From Anaerolineales bacterium (GTDB lineage Bacteria > Chloroflexota > Anaerolineae > Anaerolineales > E44-bin32): a stretch of 64,000 nucleotides of DNA. The notes under the pieces were generated by a model that saw nothing but the letters and a program-made list of their open reading frames with translations, did no database searches and was not told where the DNA came from. Both the position numbers and the translations under genes were made by a program. Shown here piece by piece: positions 45,056 to 53,047 of this stretch (position 1 is the stretch's first letter; each line of letters opens with the position of its first letter). The stretch is from NCBI GenBank assembly GCA_037382465.1, contig JARRPX010000002.1, positions 6,714-70,713 of the forward strand. The letters are read 5' to 3'.

Positions 45056-46017
45056 GATTCGGGAGCCTTGAAATTGTTGTCCTCATCGAAGTCGAACAGA
45101 AGCAAATCGCGTGAGCCCTCGATAAACGTCATATGATCGATTGCTTCCTGGATGACGTCCTGTAATGCGCTGTCGTCCGAATTATCTGCGAGTTCGATTA
45201 GCGCGTTGACGGCGTCCTCGCCGCCCAGTTCGGCGAGCGCCCAAATCGCAGCCTGGCGAATGCCATCATTTACATCTTGGAGCAGGTCGATGAGCGGCAT
45301 TGTAGCCTCTCGAACTTCGAGCTCGCCGGCGGCACGAGCGGCCTCCATGCGGATCAAAGGGTTGGGATTGGTCAGCTCGGCCAGGATGTAGTCTGCCCAA
45401 CGCTCGTTCGCCGATCGTCCCATGGCCAGGACGGCGGATTGCTGCAGCTGCTCATTCGTCGAACGGTACGCTTCTTCAATCTGATCCGGCACCTCATCGT
45501 GCGATGAATACCCGATTGATTCAAGCGATCTTCTGCGCACCTCATGGGAGTCATCATCGCGGCATGCAGCAAGCAAGCCCAACTCGATTTGCTGCAGGAG
45601 TTCGGGTGTGATTTCGTCGATCTCGCCGAGCCAGACGAACCTGCCCAAAGCGGTAGCCGCGACGGCGCGAATTCGATCGTCGCCTTCGACCACCAGCGAT
45701 TCCAACAGGATAGGCACGAGGGAGGGATCCTCACTCTCCCACAAATTCTCGATGGCGATCGAGCGGATTTGCGAATCGGGATCCAGGATCGCAATACGGT
45801 TGACGGCTTCGAAGGAAAGCTCGAAACGGTCGAGTGCTTGTTGTCCCATAACCCGCAAGATTTGCATTTTGCGTTCGCTGGATATGGACTGCCAAACGGA
45901 TGCAAATTGGCGTTGTTGATCCTTGTCGAGATCGGACAGTTCCGCAAATCGCTGCGCCGGGAGCGGTAAACTGTCGTCCTGCAAGATTTCAAGCAATTCA
46001 AGATACGATTTTTTCAT
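45052..46017 (-). CDS. HEAT / PBS-lyase repeat protein
   Basis: 321 aa with repeated ..D..VR..A..ALG.. units (DPDSQIRSIAIENLWES, DDRIRAVAATALGRF, NPLIRMEAARAAGEL, NDGIRQAAIWALAELG). Confidence 0.8.
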   Translation of the reverse strand: MKKSYLELLEILQDDSLPLPAQRFAELSDLDKDQQRQFASVWQSISSERKMQILRVMGQQALDRFELSFEAVNRIAILDPDSQIRSIAIENLWESEDPSLVPILLESLVVEGDDRIRAVAATALGRFVWLGEIDEITPELLQQIELGLLAACRDDDSHEVRRRSLESIGYSSHDEVPDQIEEAYRSTNEQLQQSAVLAMGRSANERWADYILAELTNPNPLIRMEAARAAGELEVREATMPLIDLLQDVNDGIRQAAIWALAELGGEDAVNALIELADNSDDSALQDVIQEAIDHMTFIEGSRDLLLFDFDEDNNFKAPES

Positions 46018-46037
46018 ACGAACACCATCGAAAGGAA

Positions 46038-47084
46038 TTATGGCAATGATATCGGGTTTGTGAAGTCCTTCAGGTTGATGTAGATCATCAACGCAAGCAA
46101 GAAGGCGAAACCGATCGTGTGGATAATCGCTTCAAATTTGGGCGGGATTCTTCGACCCAGGATCATTTCCGCAAAAACGAAGAGAAGCCTGCCTCCGTCG
46201 AGCGCCGGAAATGGCAGTAGATTGGCCAAAGCAAGGCCAACGCTGATGACGCCGATAAGGTTGAGTGTGAGAAATGGTCGATGCGCGGTACTGTCGATGT
46301 CGTTTGCCCACGCGAGCATATCATGGATGCCCTTCAAACCACTGATTCGTGTCTCTTCTGGCTCTGCGGTGCCCTGGATCAAACGAGCAGGCAAGCGGAT
46401 TAAAGCGTCGACCTGCATGACGATCGATTCACCGCCCATGCGAGCGGCGCTCAACCAACTTGTTTCGAGTGCGGGATGCCCGAGAACCACACCGATTGGA
46501 CCCTGGTCTGCAGGGTAATCTATACGGGGCGCAAGTTCGAAGGTCAGCTCCTGGTTATCACGCTCGACCACGATGCGGACAGTATCGTCCGGACGATTTT
46601 GAATCGCGTCGACCATGCTTTCAAAACTGGTGATGGGTTGATCGTCGACGGACTCGACCAGATCTCCGACCTGGATACCCGCTGTATCGGCCGGGGTGGC
46701 CGGAACGACATCGGCTATGATCACCCGCTCAACATCCGGTGCTGCAAATTTGAACGCCAGAACGAAAGCAATGAATCCGAGGAACACGTTCGCAAGCGAG
46801 CCGGCTGAAAGGACAAAGACGCGCACCCGTTTGCTTGCGGCGGCTAATCCATCAGGAACTTCGGGGTCATCTTCTCCGGCGATTCGGTTGAACCCGCCGA
46901 GGGGAATCAAATTCAGCGTGAATTTAGTGCCGCCTGCTTCGAAAAGGGAAATCAAGCGAGGGGGAAATCCTATCCCAAATTCGTCCACTCGAACCCGAGT
47001 CAATTTCGCTGCGATGAAATGACCCAATTCGTGACAAAGCAACAAAGTTCCGAGAACGATTACAAACAGTAAAAAATCGGGCAC
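46038..47084 (-). CDS. rseP: RIP metalloprotease RseP/RasP (M50 site-2 protease)
   Basis: 348 aa. HELGH zinc site in TM1 (LLCHELGHFIAAKL), one PDZ domain, C-terminal NLLPFPALDGG. Confidence 0.88.
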   Translation of the reverse strand: MPDFLLFVIVLGTLLLCHELGHFIAAKLTRVRVDEFGIGFPPRLISLFEAGGTKFTLNLIPLGGFNRIAGEDDPEVPDGLAAASKRVRVFVLSAGSLANVFLGFIAFVLAFKFAAPDVERVIIADVVPATPADTAGIQVGDLVESVDDQPITSFESMVDAIQNRPDDTVRIVVERDNQELTFELAPRIDYPADQGPIGVVLGHPALETSWLSAARMGGESIVMQVDALIRLPARLIQGTAEPEETRISGLKGIHDMLAWANDIDSTAHRPFLTLNLIGVISVGLALANLLPFPALDGGRLLFVFAEMILGRRIPPKFEAIIHTIGFAFLLALMIYINLKDFTNPISLP

Positions 47085-47179
47085 TTCCGTTTTCCTTCAA
47101 GTCTTAATATATCTAAAGGATTATATCACCGCGGGCGGCATACATTCCCCGCCGGTTCTTCGAGTACGAAGTGGAAAAG

Positions 47180-48175
47180 CTAGGAATCGATAATTTCAGC
47201 GCCGTCCCCGGGAAGGGACTTGAGAACATTGCGGATGCCCGGCGCTTTACGCAGCGTCTCTAAAACGGCATTGGCGTGTCCGGGTGTGCAGATGCAGTGC
47301 ACGTTCGGACCGGCATCGATGCTGTAGCAGACGTCGAGGCCTTCGGATCGCAGACGGGCGACGGTTTTCATGATTTCGATGGTCGCCGGCGACCAGTAAA
47401 GCAGGGCGGGCTCGGAGGTCATCATCACGGCGTGCATCATGTTGCTGTCTTGCTCGACGATCGTTGCCAGTGCAGAGAAATCGCGCCGCTCGATCGCCTG
47501 ACGACAAATCGCGAGTCTGCGGGGCGTATCCGTAACGCGCGCCTCTTGCAGCGGACTCGTCTCGGCCAGGCGATGGCCTTCCGTGGACCCCGTGGATTTA
47601 TGGTCGGTATCGACGACGGCGATTAAATCGATGAGCGGCCAATGCTCTTTGCCGGCGATCGTCTCTGCGTAGGATTCAGAGTCGCTGTCACCGGCGTGCC
47701 AGATGACGAAGCCGCCAAACATGGAACGGCTTGCCGATCCGGAACCTTGCCGCGCCAGGCGAGATAACGCACGCACATCGAGGTGAAGATCGCAGGCCGT
47801 GGCCGCAGCAAGTGTGAGCGCTGCAAAGGCTGATGCGGAGGAGGCAATCCCTGCGCCTGATGGGAAGGTGTTCTTACTTTCAACGAACGCGTACGTATCG
47901 ATGCCCGCAATGCGGCGGATGCGGTCGAGGTGTTGCCGTACGCGCCGGCTCGCTGTCTCCAGTGCAGGAACGTCGTCGATGAGAATTTGGTCGGCATCCA
48001 AACGATCGTCGAAGCGAACCATCGTACGTGTTTCCAGATCGCCCAGCGTCATCGATAACGAACTGTTGGCGGGTAAACGCAGTTCGTGATCGAGATTGCC
48101 CCAATATTTGATCAGGGCGATGTTTGGATGTGCGCGAGCCGTTGCCTGATGTGCTTCCATAAAATCATTGACCAT
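47180..48175 (-). CDS. GHMP-kinase-fold mevalonate (di)phosphate decarboxylase family
   Basis: 331 aa. AHPNIALIKYWGN...LPANSSLSMTL and ...FPSGAGIASSASAFAAL motifs of the MDD family. MDD versus phosphomevalonate decarboxylase cannot be told apart by eye. Confidence 0.85.
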   Translation of the reverse strand: MVNDFMEAHQATARAHPNIALIKYWGNLDHELRLPANSSLSMTLGDLETRTMVRFDDRLDADQILIDDVPALETASRRVRQHLDRIRRIAGIDTYAFVESKNTFPSGAGIASSASAFAALTLAAATACDLHLDVRALSRLARQGSGSASRSMFGGFVIWHAGDSDSESYAETIAGKEHWPLIDLIAVVDTDHKSTGSTEGHRLAETSPLQEARVTDTPRRLAICRQAIERRDFSALATIVEQDSNMMHAVMMTSEPALLYWSPATIEIMKTVARLRSEGLDVCYSIDAGPNVHCICTPGHANAVLETLRKAPGIRNVLKSLPGDGAEIIDS

Positions 48176-48204
48176 GCAGTATCGATTACGACCGGTTGTT
48201 GAAT

Positions 48205-49302
48205 CTATGCTTCCTCAACTTCGATCTCCGTGCCGCCCGGCATCTCGACCGTAACGTCCCCCGGATCTGCGGTCACGTGAGGCGTTGTCCAGCGGAAGAT
48301 CCAATGCGCATCTTCCGGACGTGCATTGACGCATCCGTGCGACATGGGAACGCCGAAGTTGTTGTGCCAAAATGTGGAGTGAATGGCTACGCCGTTGCCT
48401 ACGAAAAGCATCGACCAACCGATCCCGGGCAAATCGTAGCCGCCGCCCGTCGTTCCGCCGCTCATGTGCAGCGAGATGACTTTGCGCCAGATCGGATGTG
48501 GTCCTAAAGGTGTAGACCATTTATCGACCGGATTGCCCTGTGCATCGAACTTCGCACCGGAAGATATCCGGCAGTAATACACTTCCTCGTTCCCCTCGAA
48601 ACAAGACAATGTTTGATAGGTAAGATTAATGACGACGCGTTTGTCCTCGACCTCGGGGTGAATAGGTGAGAAATCTTCATCCTGCAGGGGTCGAAAGGCT
48701 TCCGCGGCAACCCAGAGTATGTCGCCATATCCATAGCGCTCGTTAACTCGATAATAGGACCGGCCGTCTGCACCAATCTTGGCTTGATCGATCCATAGAA
48801 TTTGACTGTAATAAAGTCGGGGCAAGAGCGCGCCCTTGAGCCAGGGCGATCTTGCCGGAGGATTGTCGAGCGCCAGGTCGACGTATGGGACGGTAACCTC
48901 CGCCCACATTCCATCGCCCAGGCTCGAACCGGGCAGTTCGAGCAGCGGTTCCTGGGGCCGGTTTTCGACAGGTTGGAGATGCGGGGACCAGATGTATCCT
49001 CTATCCGTTTCCACCCACCTGACGTTGGGCGCGTAAATGGAGACAGGTTGGCCAGGAAGCTCGCGATACCAGGGAACAACGCCGTCCTCGTAAAGAACCT
49101 CCACGGTCTGGCTGTTGTTGTCCGGACTCGCTTTGATCTCTGTTTTTCCAACGCAAACTCTTCCGAGACGCGGAGAAACGGGAAATTCAGGAAGCAACTC
49201 GGGAGAATCGGGCTCGAAGTGCGGGCGCAGTGTTGAACCAGCGAATCCCAAGCCGGCTAGTTTTAACATATCCCTGCGGTTGATCTTTGCAGTTTCTTTC
49301 AT
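48205..49302 (-). CDS. L,D-transpeptidase (YkuD family) with Tat signal
   Basis: ORF 48205..49332 trimmed to ATG 49302 (MKETAKINRRDMLKLAGLGFAGS, twin-Arg). Catalytic ...IHSTFWHNNFGVPMSHGCVNA. Confidence 0.85.
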   Translation of the reverse strand: MKETAKINRRDMLKLAGLGFAGSTLRPHFEPDSPELLPEFPVSPRLGRVCVGKTEIKASPDNNSQTVEVLYEDGVVPWYRELPGQPVSIYAPNVRWVETDRGYIWSPHLQPVENRPQEPLLELPGSSLGDGMWAEVTVPYVDLALDNPPARSPWLKGALLPRLYYSQILWIDQAKIGADGRSYYRVNERYGYGDILWVAAEAFRPLQDEDFSPIHPEVEDKRVVINLTYQTLSCFEGNEEVYYCRISSGAKFDAQGNPVDKWSTPLGPHPIWRKVISLHMSGGTTGGGYDLPGIGWSMLFVGNGVAIHSTFWHNNFGVPMSHGCVNARPEDAHWIFRWTTPHVTADPGDVTVEMPGGTEIEVEEA

Positions 49303-49481
49303 AATTTCCAACCCGCATAAGCATACCGGCAATACAGGGTGAGGGTCAATAGAAATCGAAATATTAATTACAATCTTTTATAGTATTGTAGTCAATACGG
49401 TAAAGTTCTGTAGGATGAAATAGAATAGCGGTCGACCGTGGAATTCAAATCAATGAAATGAGATGGTGGAGATCCGCAAGA

Positions 49482-50555
49482 ATGAAAAATGGTTTTCATC
49501 GAATTACGACATCCGTAAGGCGAAGCAGTATGGCACTGATCGTAATCGCACTCACGATCGTTGTCGCGGGCTGCAATTTCCCGGGGAATGAGGCCACGCA
49601 AGCGTTGACGCAGTCCGCGGATGTGACTTCGTTCACTCCGGCAGTCGAGCAGGCCATATCGACGGAAACAACGGCGAGAAAAGTACTGCTACTCGAAAAC
49701 GAGGTTTCCACCGATCCGGGAACCATCGAGTTACGCGATGAGGTGGTGAATCTCGCGTATCAATCGGACCTCGAACTGGAGAGCATCACTGCGCTGCAGG
49801 ATGACATGCTGGATGGCGGTGGGTCCCTCGTGTTCATCTTCGAGGATGATCCCGGCGTGGGGGATTTCGCTTCCGGGCACCCTGAAATCCAATTCGTCAC
49901 AATTGGAGTGCCAGGAGTTGCGGCGAGCGGCAATATCAGCGTCCTCGACAGGAACGATCTGCGGTCGGACAGACAAGCGTTCGTCGCGGGTTATATTGCG
50001 GCAATGATTGCAGAAGATTGGCGGACTGGAGTTGTATCGTTGGGGAGCGGTGCGAATAGCGAGGCGATCGAAACTGGATTCATCAACGGTGCTCGCTACT
50101 TCTGTGGATTGTGCCGGCCGGCGTTTCCGCCGTTCTATGAATACCCCCAATCATTCCATATGGATACGAGCGGACAAGGCTGGGAATCACTCGCCGCATT
50201 CATCCAGGAAAATCGACTAGCTGTTATCTACCTGGCGCCGGTGGATGTATTCCAATCGATCGGGCCGGAAGAAATCCAATTACCCGCCGCCGTCATCGGC
50301 GATGGGCCGCGCCCTGACGTCGTACCGGAAAGTCAATGGGCAGCGACGATCCGATATTCTGCGATCGAAAGCTTACGCTCGGTTTGGGCCGATTTACTCG
50401 ATGGGAAAGGTGGGTGGGTCATCCGCTGGGAACTTCAGATCGTCGATGTGAACCGGGATTTACTCACCGAAGGAAAAGAGAGAGCAGCACGTGATTTACT
50501 CGATGATTTGGAAGGGGGATTTATCGGCACCGGCGTCGAATTGCCGAGCGAATAA
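49482..50555 (+). CDS. hypothetical lipoprotein, possibly a BMP/PnrA-like periplasmic-binding fold
   Basis: ORF 49458..50555; I prefer ATG 49482 (49530 also possible). Lipobox TIVVAGC. FVAGYIAAMIAEDWRTGVVSLGSG..EAIETGFINGARY recalls BMP-family binding proteins. Weak call. Confidence 0.55.
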   Translation: MKNGFHRITTSVRRSSMALIVIALTIVVAGCNFPGNEATQALTQSADVTSFTPAVEQAISTETTARKVLLLENEVSTDPGTIELRDEVVNLAYQSDLELESITALQDDMLDGGGSLVFIFEDDPGVGDFASGHPEIQFVTIGVPGVAASGNISVLDRNDLRSDRQAFVAGYIAAMIAEDWRTGVVSLGSGANSEAIETGFINGARYFCGLCRPAFPPFYEYPQSFHMDTSGQGWESLAAFIQENRLAVIYLAPVDVFQSIGPEEIQLPAAVIGDGPRPDVVPESQWAATIRYSAIESLRSVWADLLDGKGGWVIRWELQIVDVNRDLLTEGKERAARDLLDDLEGGFIGTGVELPSE

Positions 50556-50599
50556 TTGGGCATACACAAAGCCTGGTAACTGCAAGATACAGCCTGGAT

Positions 50600-50628
50600 T
50601 TGACACTCGATCCGGGATACTGCATACT
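50600..50628 (+). promoter_or_regulatory. sigma70-type promoter (TTGACA-N17-CATACT) for the 50690 lipoprotein gene
   Basis: Consensus -35 at 50600-50605, exact 17-nt spacer, CATACT at 50623-50628. Confidence 0.4.
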
Positions 50629-50689
50629 CAATGCAGATTCCGTTCCTTTTTGGATAACGCCCTGATAATCGCGAGTTCAAGGTGATCCA

Positions 50690-51058
50690 GTGAAGAAGCC
50701 GCTCTTCCTCTTTGCCACGATGATCGTTCTCGTCGTACTGTGTACTGGATGCGTTCGGGATGACGTGAATGTCGTTGGCGTCTGGGGGCGGAAGATCGAA
50801 GAGTATCTCGTACGCCTGAGCTTCGACGGGGGTGAAACCTTCACGCTTCAAGTCGGTGAGAGTGACCGAAAAATAAACGGGGTATATGAATTAAGGGGGG
50901 ACGTGATCTTGCTTGTCGACGACGATTGCGGTGAGATCGAGGGCAAGTATCGGGTGCGTGCACAAGAAGATGCTGCCATCTTCGGTGTGCTAAATGATGC
51001 GTGCGATGGGCGTGTGCAGGTGATAGCCGGCGAGTGGTTTAGGGTTGGGAATCAATAA
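50690..51058 (+). CDS. small hypothetical lipoprotein
   Basis: 122 aa, GTG start after AAGGTGA. Signal plus lipobox MKKPLFLFATMIVLVVLCTGC. Confidence 0.65.
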   Translation: MKKPLFLFATMIVLVVLCTGCVRDDVNVVGVWGRKIEEYLVRLSFDGGETFTLQVGESDRKINGVYELRGDVILLVDDDCGEIEGKYRVRAQEDAAIFGVLNDACDGRVQVIAGEWFRVGNQ

Positions 51059-51080
51059 CGCCCATTTCTGGGCGTTGTTT
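51057..51080. terminator. intrinsic terminator hairpin between the lipoprotein gene and tRNA-His
   Basis: 8-bp stem AACGCCCA / TGGGCGTT, loop TTTC, followed by GTTT on the plus strand. It lies 5 nt beyond the tRNA-His 3' end on the minus strand. Confidence 0.55.
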
Positions 51081-51085
51081 GGGAG

Positions 51086-51159
51086 GGTGCCCGAAGGGAT
51101 TTGAACCCTCAACCACCGCATCCACAGTGCGGCGCTCTGCCGGTTGAGCTACGGGCACC
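51086..51159 (-). tRNA. tRNA-His (anticodon GTG) with encoded G-1
   Basis: Hand fold of the reverse complement. G-1 pairs with C73, acceptor GTGCCCG/CGGGCAC, anticodon stem CCGCA/TGCGG with loop CTGTGGA, T arm GAGGG-TTCAAAT-CCCTT. CCA is not encoded. Confidence 0.9.
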
Positions 51160-51171
51160 ACGATAGATTTC

Positions 51172-51180
51172 ATTCTAACA
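51172..51180 (-). promoter_or_regulatory. extended -10 promoter (TGtTAGAAT) for tRNA-His
   Basis: The minus strand reads cttgaaaatagtgaatcaTGtTAGAATgaaatctatcgt-GGTGCCCG. The mature 5' end lies 12 nt after the -10. Confidence 0.4.
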
Positions 51181-51416
51181 TGATTCACTATTTTCAAGGG
51201 CGTAAATACAAGTGGGCGAAGAATGGTCTGGACAGCAAATCGCCGCCTTGGGATCGAGGAGAGCATCTCTAATTTTTGAGGCGCAGGCCGATCGCTACAA
51301 TGTAGTTCGGCTCTAGTCGCTCTCCGATTTAATATACTGTTCTCTCCCGATCCGTCCGGGCGGCGATTTAACCTATCCTATCATGTGAACGCAGCGAGAG
51401 AGCTTACATACAACTA

Positions 51417-52700
51417 TCATTTAGAAGGAGGATCGGCCGAGAGCAGATTTTTGATTTTGTCGATCATCTCTGATCTCGCCACCGTTTCTTGTTCGACGGT
51501 ACGTAAATCCTTGATCGTGACCTTTCCGGATTGAATCTCATCCGGACCCAATATTACAGCAAGGGGGATGTTGTTGCGATCCGCATATTTAAACTGTTTT
51601 TTCAATTTATCCGGCTGAGGATACCACTCCACCCGTAGCCCGGCGGTACGAAGTTCGGCCGCCAGCCTCGAACTCTCAGAGAGAGTCGCCTCGTCGAACA
51701 ACGGAACAAACACATCGGAAGGATTCGTCTTCAGACTGGGCATGACGCCGTTCTCTTCTAACACGATACCGATCACGATGTCGCCCATTGCGAATCCAAC
51801 GCCAGGAATTGGATCGCCGCCGACGTCTGCAACGAGATTATCGTAGCGGCCTCCACCAAGAATTGCCCTGAATCTTCCGGAAACGTCCCGTGCTTCAAAA
51901 ACAGTCCCCGTGTAGTAATCCAAACCTCGTATGACCATCGGATCGTATTCGATGTAATCGGCGACCCCCATTATCTCGACGGCGTCGAAAAATTCACATA
52001 ACTCATCGGAATCCTTCCAGGCATCTTTATTTTCCAAAAGCTGAAGGAGCCCTGAAAATTGGTCTTTGTCGATGTCGATCGAATTTGCTTTTTCCTGCCA
52101 TGCGCGCTCGCTCATTTTGTCTTTGCGATCGATCAGATGAAAAACCGCAGGTCGTGAATTTAAGGGAATGCCGATTGCTTCTAATTTTGTGTCCATGAAA
52201 CGACGGTTGTTGATTTGTATGCGAATCATCTTTGGCGTCAGGCCGACGGCGCGGAAGAAGGTGGCTGCGATGGCCGCCAATTCTGCGTCGGCCTGGGGTG
52301 AAACAATGCCGAGCAGATCGATGTTCCACTGGAAAAATTCTCGGGAACGTCCCTTCTGCGGACGTTCGTAGCGCCAGAATGGGCCGAACGACCACCAGCG
52401 TATCGGCTGGATCAATTGGCGACTGCGCGCGGCCACCATTCGTGCCAGCGTCGGCGTAAGTTCGGGCCGTAACGCGACGATATCGCCGCCGCGATCCTCG
52501 AACACGAAAGATTGCTCGTTGACCAGCTCTTCACCAGATTTCGCGGCATACAACTCCATTTTCTCGAGATACGGGCCTTCAAATTCCTGGTAACCGAATT
52601 GCTCCGAGACCGTTCGTATGGTTTCGTACAACCAATCACGGACAGCCATGTCGGCAGGGTAAAAATCACGCGTCCCTTTTACTGCAGAAATAGTCGACAT
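51417..52700 (-). CDS. hisS: histidine--tRNA ligase
   Basis: ORF 51417..52766 trimmed to ATG 52700 (MSTISAVKGTRDFYPADMAVRDW...). Class II motifs ...FRYERPQKGRSREFFQWNIDLLG, ...GGGRYDNL. Confidence 0.93.
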   Translation of the reverse strand: MSTISAVKGTRDFYPADMAVRDWLYETIRTVSEQFGYQEFEGPYLEKMELYAAKSGEELVNEQSFVFEDRGGDIVALRPELTPTLARMVAARSRQLIQPIRWWSFGPFWRYERPQKGRSREFFQWNIDLLGIVSPQADAELAAIAATFFRAVGLTPKMIRIQINNRRFMDTKLEAIGIPLNSRPAVFHLIDRKDKMSERAWQEKANSIDIDKDQFSGLLQLLENKDAWKDSDELCEFFDAVEIMGVADYIEYDPMVIRGLDYYTGTVFEARDVSGRFRAILGGGRYDNLVADVGGDPIPGVGFAMGDIVIGIVLEENGVMPSLKTNPSDVFVPLFDEATLSESSRLAAELRTAGLRVEWYPQPDKLKKQFKYADRNNIPLAVILGPDEIQSGKVTIKDLRTVEQETVARSEMIDKIKNLLSADPPSK

Positions 52701-52725
52701 TCTGAATCTCCCGAACTTATAACCC

Positions 52726-52755
52726 AAAAGACGGCGGGTCGTTCCCTGTGCCGTC
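52726..52755 (-). terminator. terminator-like hairpin inside the hisS 5' leader (candidate attenuator)
   Basis: RNA GACGGC-aca-GGG-aacga-CCC-GCCGUC followed by UUUU. It lies 25-55 nt upstream of the hisS ATG and before the GGGAG RBS. Confidence 0.35.
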
Positions 52756-52882
52756 CTTGATCGCATGACCTAATTTCTAGTGGGGCGAGGATTGTTCACC
52801 CGATCCATGCTCCTTGCACGAATGACGGCGTTTTGATGCCATCGGCATTCGATACAAGGAGCGACGAGAATTATCGGCCAAG

Positions 52883-52891
52883 ATTATAGCA
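52883..52891 (-). promoter_or_regulatory. extended -10 promoter (TGcTATAAT) for hisS
   Basis: The minus strand reads gaTGTGcTATAATcttggcc. It predicts a ~175-nt untranslated leader. Confidence 0.4.
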
Positions 52892-53047
52892 CATCGCCGG
52901 AAACCAAGCGCCGTAGCCTGAACGGCGGCAGGTAATCAGATCGCATAAGAATTAGGATTCTAAAACGAGTCAGAAGAAGATTAACTACCACGAAGCCACC
53001 CATGGTATGCTTATGGCCGAGGTGGTGAAAGGTCGTCAGATCTCGAG

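Noticed and set aside
51039-51266. 75-aa ORF overlapping tRNA-His
   Set aside because: The DNA folds into a canonical tRNA-His with G-1, so the ORF is incidental.
52701-52891. Calling the hisS leader a bona fide T-box riboswitch
   Set aside because: The conserved T-box sequence (..GGGUGGnACCGCG..), with a UGGN bulge able to pair with the tRNA NCCA end, is not present. I also could not place a His specifier codon in a stem I loop. It is kept only as an unclassified structured leader or attenuator candidate.
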